Assembly (NCBI GenBank): GCA_013265495.1
Contig: MU058463.1
Location: 930,001 to 994,000, forward strand
Length of the DNA stretch: 64,000 nucleotides
Reading direction: 5' to 3'
From: Vicugna vicugna
Taxonomy: Eukaryota
Below are positions 61,486 to 64,000 of the stretch, piece after piece. Position 1 is the stretch's first letter; each line of letters begins with the position of its first letter. The notes under the pieces are model-generated. The model searched no databases. It was not told the DNA's origin and saw nothing but the letters and a program-made list of their open reading frames with translations. The position numbers were made by a program, and so were the translations under genes.

Positions 61486-64000
61486 CTGCTAATTTATAGG
61501 ACTTTGGGTCCTTATTTCTATATTTTATTACTTATCTCTTATTTTTCTTTTTTCTCTATGCCATCTCTCTGCCTACTTTTCGTGGCAAGAGAAATGTTTT
61601 TTCTTTCCGTTAGAGAAGAATCTTTAAAAAACAAAACAGTATATATTTGTATATAGGAAACTCAAGTTAACTGTTTGCAGTAGAATTCTTAAATTAGTGG
61701 TTTCCCTACCTAGAGGAAACAACATTATTACTCAGTGGCCACAGTATGACACTACTTAGGAAACATTTCTACAAAAATCATACTACTTATTTATAATGAT
61801 TAAACCTACATTCTGGACTGATAATCATAAAGAGTTTACTTATATAGATAAAATTACAGTTGGTTTAAATTAAAACGAATGCATGTAAATTTAAAATATG
61901 TGAAGCAAGAATGACTATAAGCTTTTCAAACAGAAGCTCAGTGTAATTTTCTGTTAAAGATGTGAGGGAAAACTAGTCATTACAAAACAGAATTTGCAAT
62001 TGATTATGTGGATATCTGAAAGAATACAGCTTCTATACTGATCTGTCCTAAAATATTAAAATGGTATAGGATTACATAGATTATAGCATTTTTGTCTCTG
62101 TTTCCCCCTTTAAATTATATATTAATTTAAAAATTATATATTTGATCCTCATATCAAATGTAAAGAGTTTTCAAGTTTTTAGATTGAATTGAAATAATTT
62201 TTAAAAGGAAAGGGATGTTTCTTCTGCCACCCACCGCTGTAGTGGTATGGAATAGGCTAATATGAGCATTTCTCTAATGAAAGAGTAAGGAAGAACATTT
62301 ATCTTCAAGCTTAAATACAAGGAGGCAAGAATTACTTCCTATTTTTACAAGTATAATCAGTCAGTTAACAATATATTCACAAACATAAAATTTAAACATT
62401 TTTTATAACTCAACAGTAGTCTTAAATCTCCAGTTAATTGAGAACAGCAATTTACTTTATCACTAAATTGAAATTTATACCAATGAAGAGATTTTTTTTC
62501 AGGCTGAATTTAAATATGAGTATTATTCTATTGCTTTGCCACTCATGAATAAATATCATTTTTTTTTTCAGGAGTTTTCTCAGCACTTATTCTGTAGTCT
62601 ACTAACTTCTCCTGGTTGAGCTGTTTCACCCATTCTACTCCTTGGCATTGAGATCTATCTTCACTTTATCTGTTGGTGTGGGACTTTGGAATTATCCATT
62701 TGGACAATATACTCACATTGTAATAGCCAGTGATTATACTTGCGTTTTTCTTATACTTCTCCCCTGAGGCTTCCTTAACTTAAAATTCCAGTGTTCTTAG
62801 AAATAGGAGCCCAATAAAACTGAGGCGCCTAGAATTTTGGATAGCTTTTTTCTTTTTTCCAAACTTGATTGGACATTCATGAGTCACAGGCTATACTCTG
62901 ATTTATCAATCCAGGTACTTGACCAAACTTTGGTTTTCTACTACTCACTTACTATGTACGGTCACACTGGATAGTGCACAGAGTCCCAGAAAGGAAGATA
63001 CAGGTACCCACTATGCCTCTGTATCCTGACTCCCCATCAAGTAAACCAGGTTTTCTGGTGTCTCATGACTCTGCCCAAGCCTTAGTCAAAAGAATTGAGG
63101 CAGTGTAGCCTCCATAGTTTTCCCCTTTGACATCTCTTGTGCCACTTTCTCTGAAAGGACTTATATACTCATCGTTTACTCAATGTAGTATATAATTATG
63201 AATATTTTAGTAATATGTCAGTCTAAACACCTGCTTTTTTTTACTAGAAAAAGACAATATAAGCACAAATTATATATTAAATCATTCTTATTTAAGATAC
63301 AATTTTATAAATACAATTTTATAAATTGTATCTTAAATATAAATTGTAACAACTGTATAAATTGTTGAAGTCTGTTTTGTTGTACAGGTATGCCCTTTTA
63401 GTTTCTGAATGAACTCCTAGATCCTGTTTCTAAAAGGTAATTCTATTCTGGGTCATGCCAAAACCCTTTCACATATTTTCAAACAGAATTTACGATAAAA
63501 AGAGAATCATTAAAAATACATGGATGTGGTAAGAGGAAGCTTGGGACAAGGCCATTAGTGTCTGTTCAGTTCCTTAGGAAAGAAGATGAAAGAGAAACTA
63601 TCATGTCAAGATATATCGTGTTTATTCTAAAAAGACAGAGATAGATTTTCATGTGAAATGCATTGCATTTAATTGATTTTAGGTGCTCTTGAGAAACAAA
63701 ATGATTCAACATAATTGCTATATGAATTTTCATGAATAAGAGTCTAATTGGAGTTTATCATACCTTTGTTAAATGATTACTTCCACAACATAAAATCAAA
63801 ATGATTGCTTATGAAGCACAGTCCTACTTTGCACAAAAAAATGACTAAATCAAGGTGATTTAAAAATGGAAAGTTTATGAACAAGTATATGTATGTTATT
63901 TTACTTAAACATTAAAGTGGTTCTAAATTTAATTTCCTGATTCTATTATTCATGAAACTTAAAAAATGCATTTATTTGAAATTTAAATAATGTAACTTTA

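Noticed and set aside
1..64000. The supplied ORF track as protein-coding genes
   Set aside because: All ORFs are 60-125 aa, many use non-ATG starts, none resembles a cellular protein I recognise, and the recognisable ones are decayed L1 pieces or lie inside LTRs.

Overview
AT-rich, CpG-depleted mammalian genomic DNA, intronic or intergenic. A tRNA-derived SINE at ~47666-47785 resembles the camelid (Tylopoda) Vic-type family, so the source is probably a camel, alpaca or llama (inference). I found no credible protein-coding exon, RNA gene, CRISPR array or CpG island. The supplied ORFs are short chance frames or decayed L1 ORF1/ORF2 remnants. The recognisable content is a layered transposable-element fossil record: L1, L2, MIR, MaLR/ERVL, several ERV1-type solo LTRs, and Tigger and hAT DNA transposons. 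Repeat family names come from my recall of consensus sequences, not from a database search, and most boundaries are approximate unless a TSD or TIR is quoted. The best observations are: (1) an ERV-LTR-like 3' end at 55.3-55.6 kb that appears retroposed by L1 (poly(A) tail, TSD, TT/AAAA site, internal triplication); (2) two related solo LTRs in convergent orientation, each with its own 4-bp TSD, one carrying a copy-specific splice donor upstream of a candidate non-coding exon; (3) a twin-primed, 5'-inverted L1; (4) an inverted pair of L1 5' ends; and (5) several templated-insertion or hairpin scars. I cannot support a genuinely new biological system from the sequence alone.
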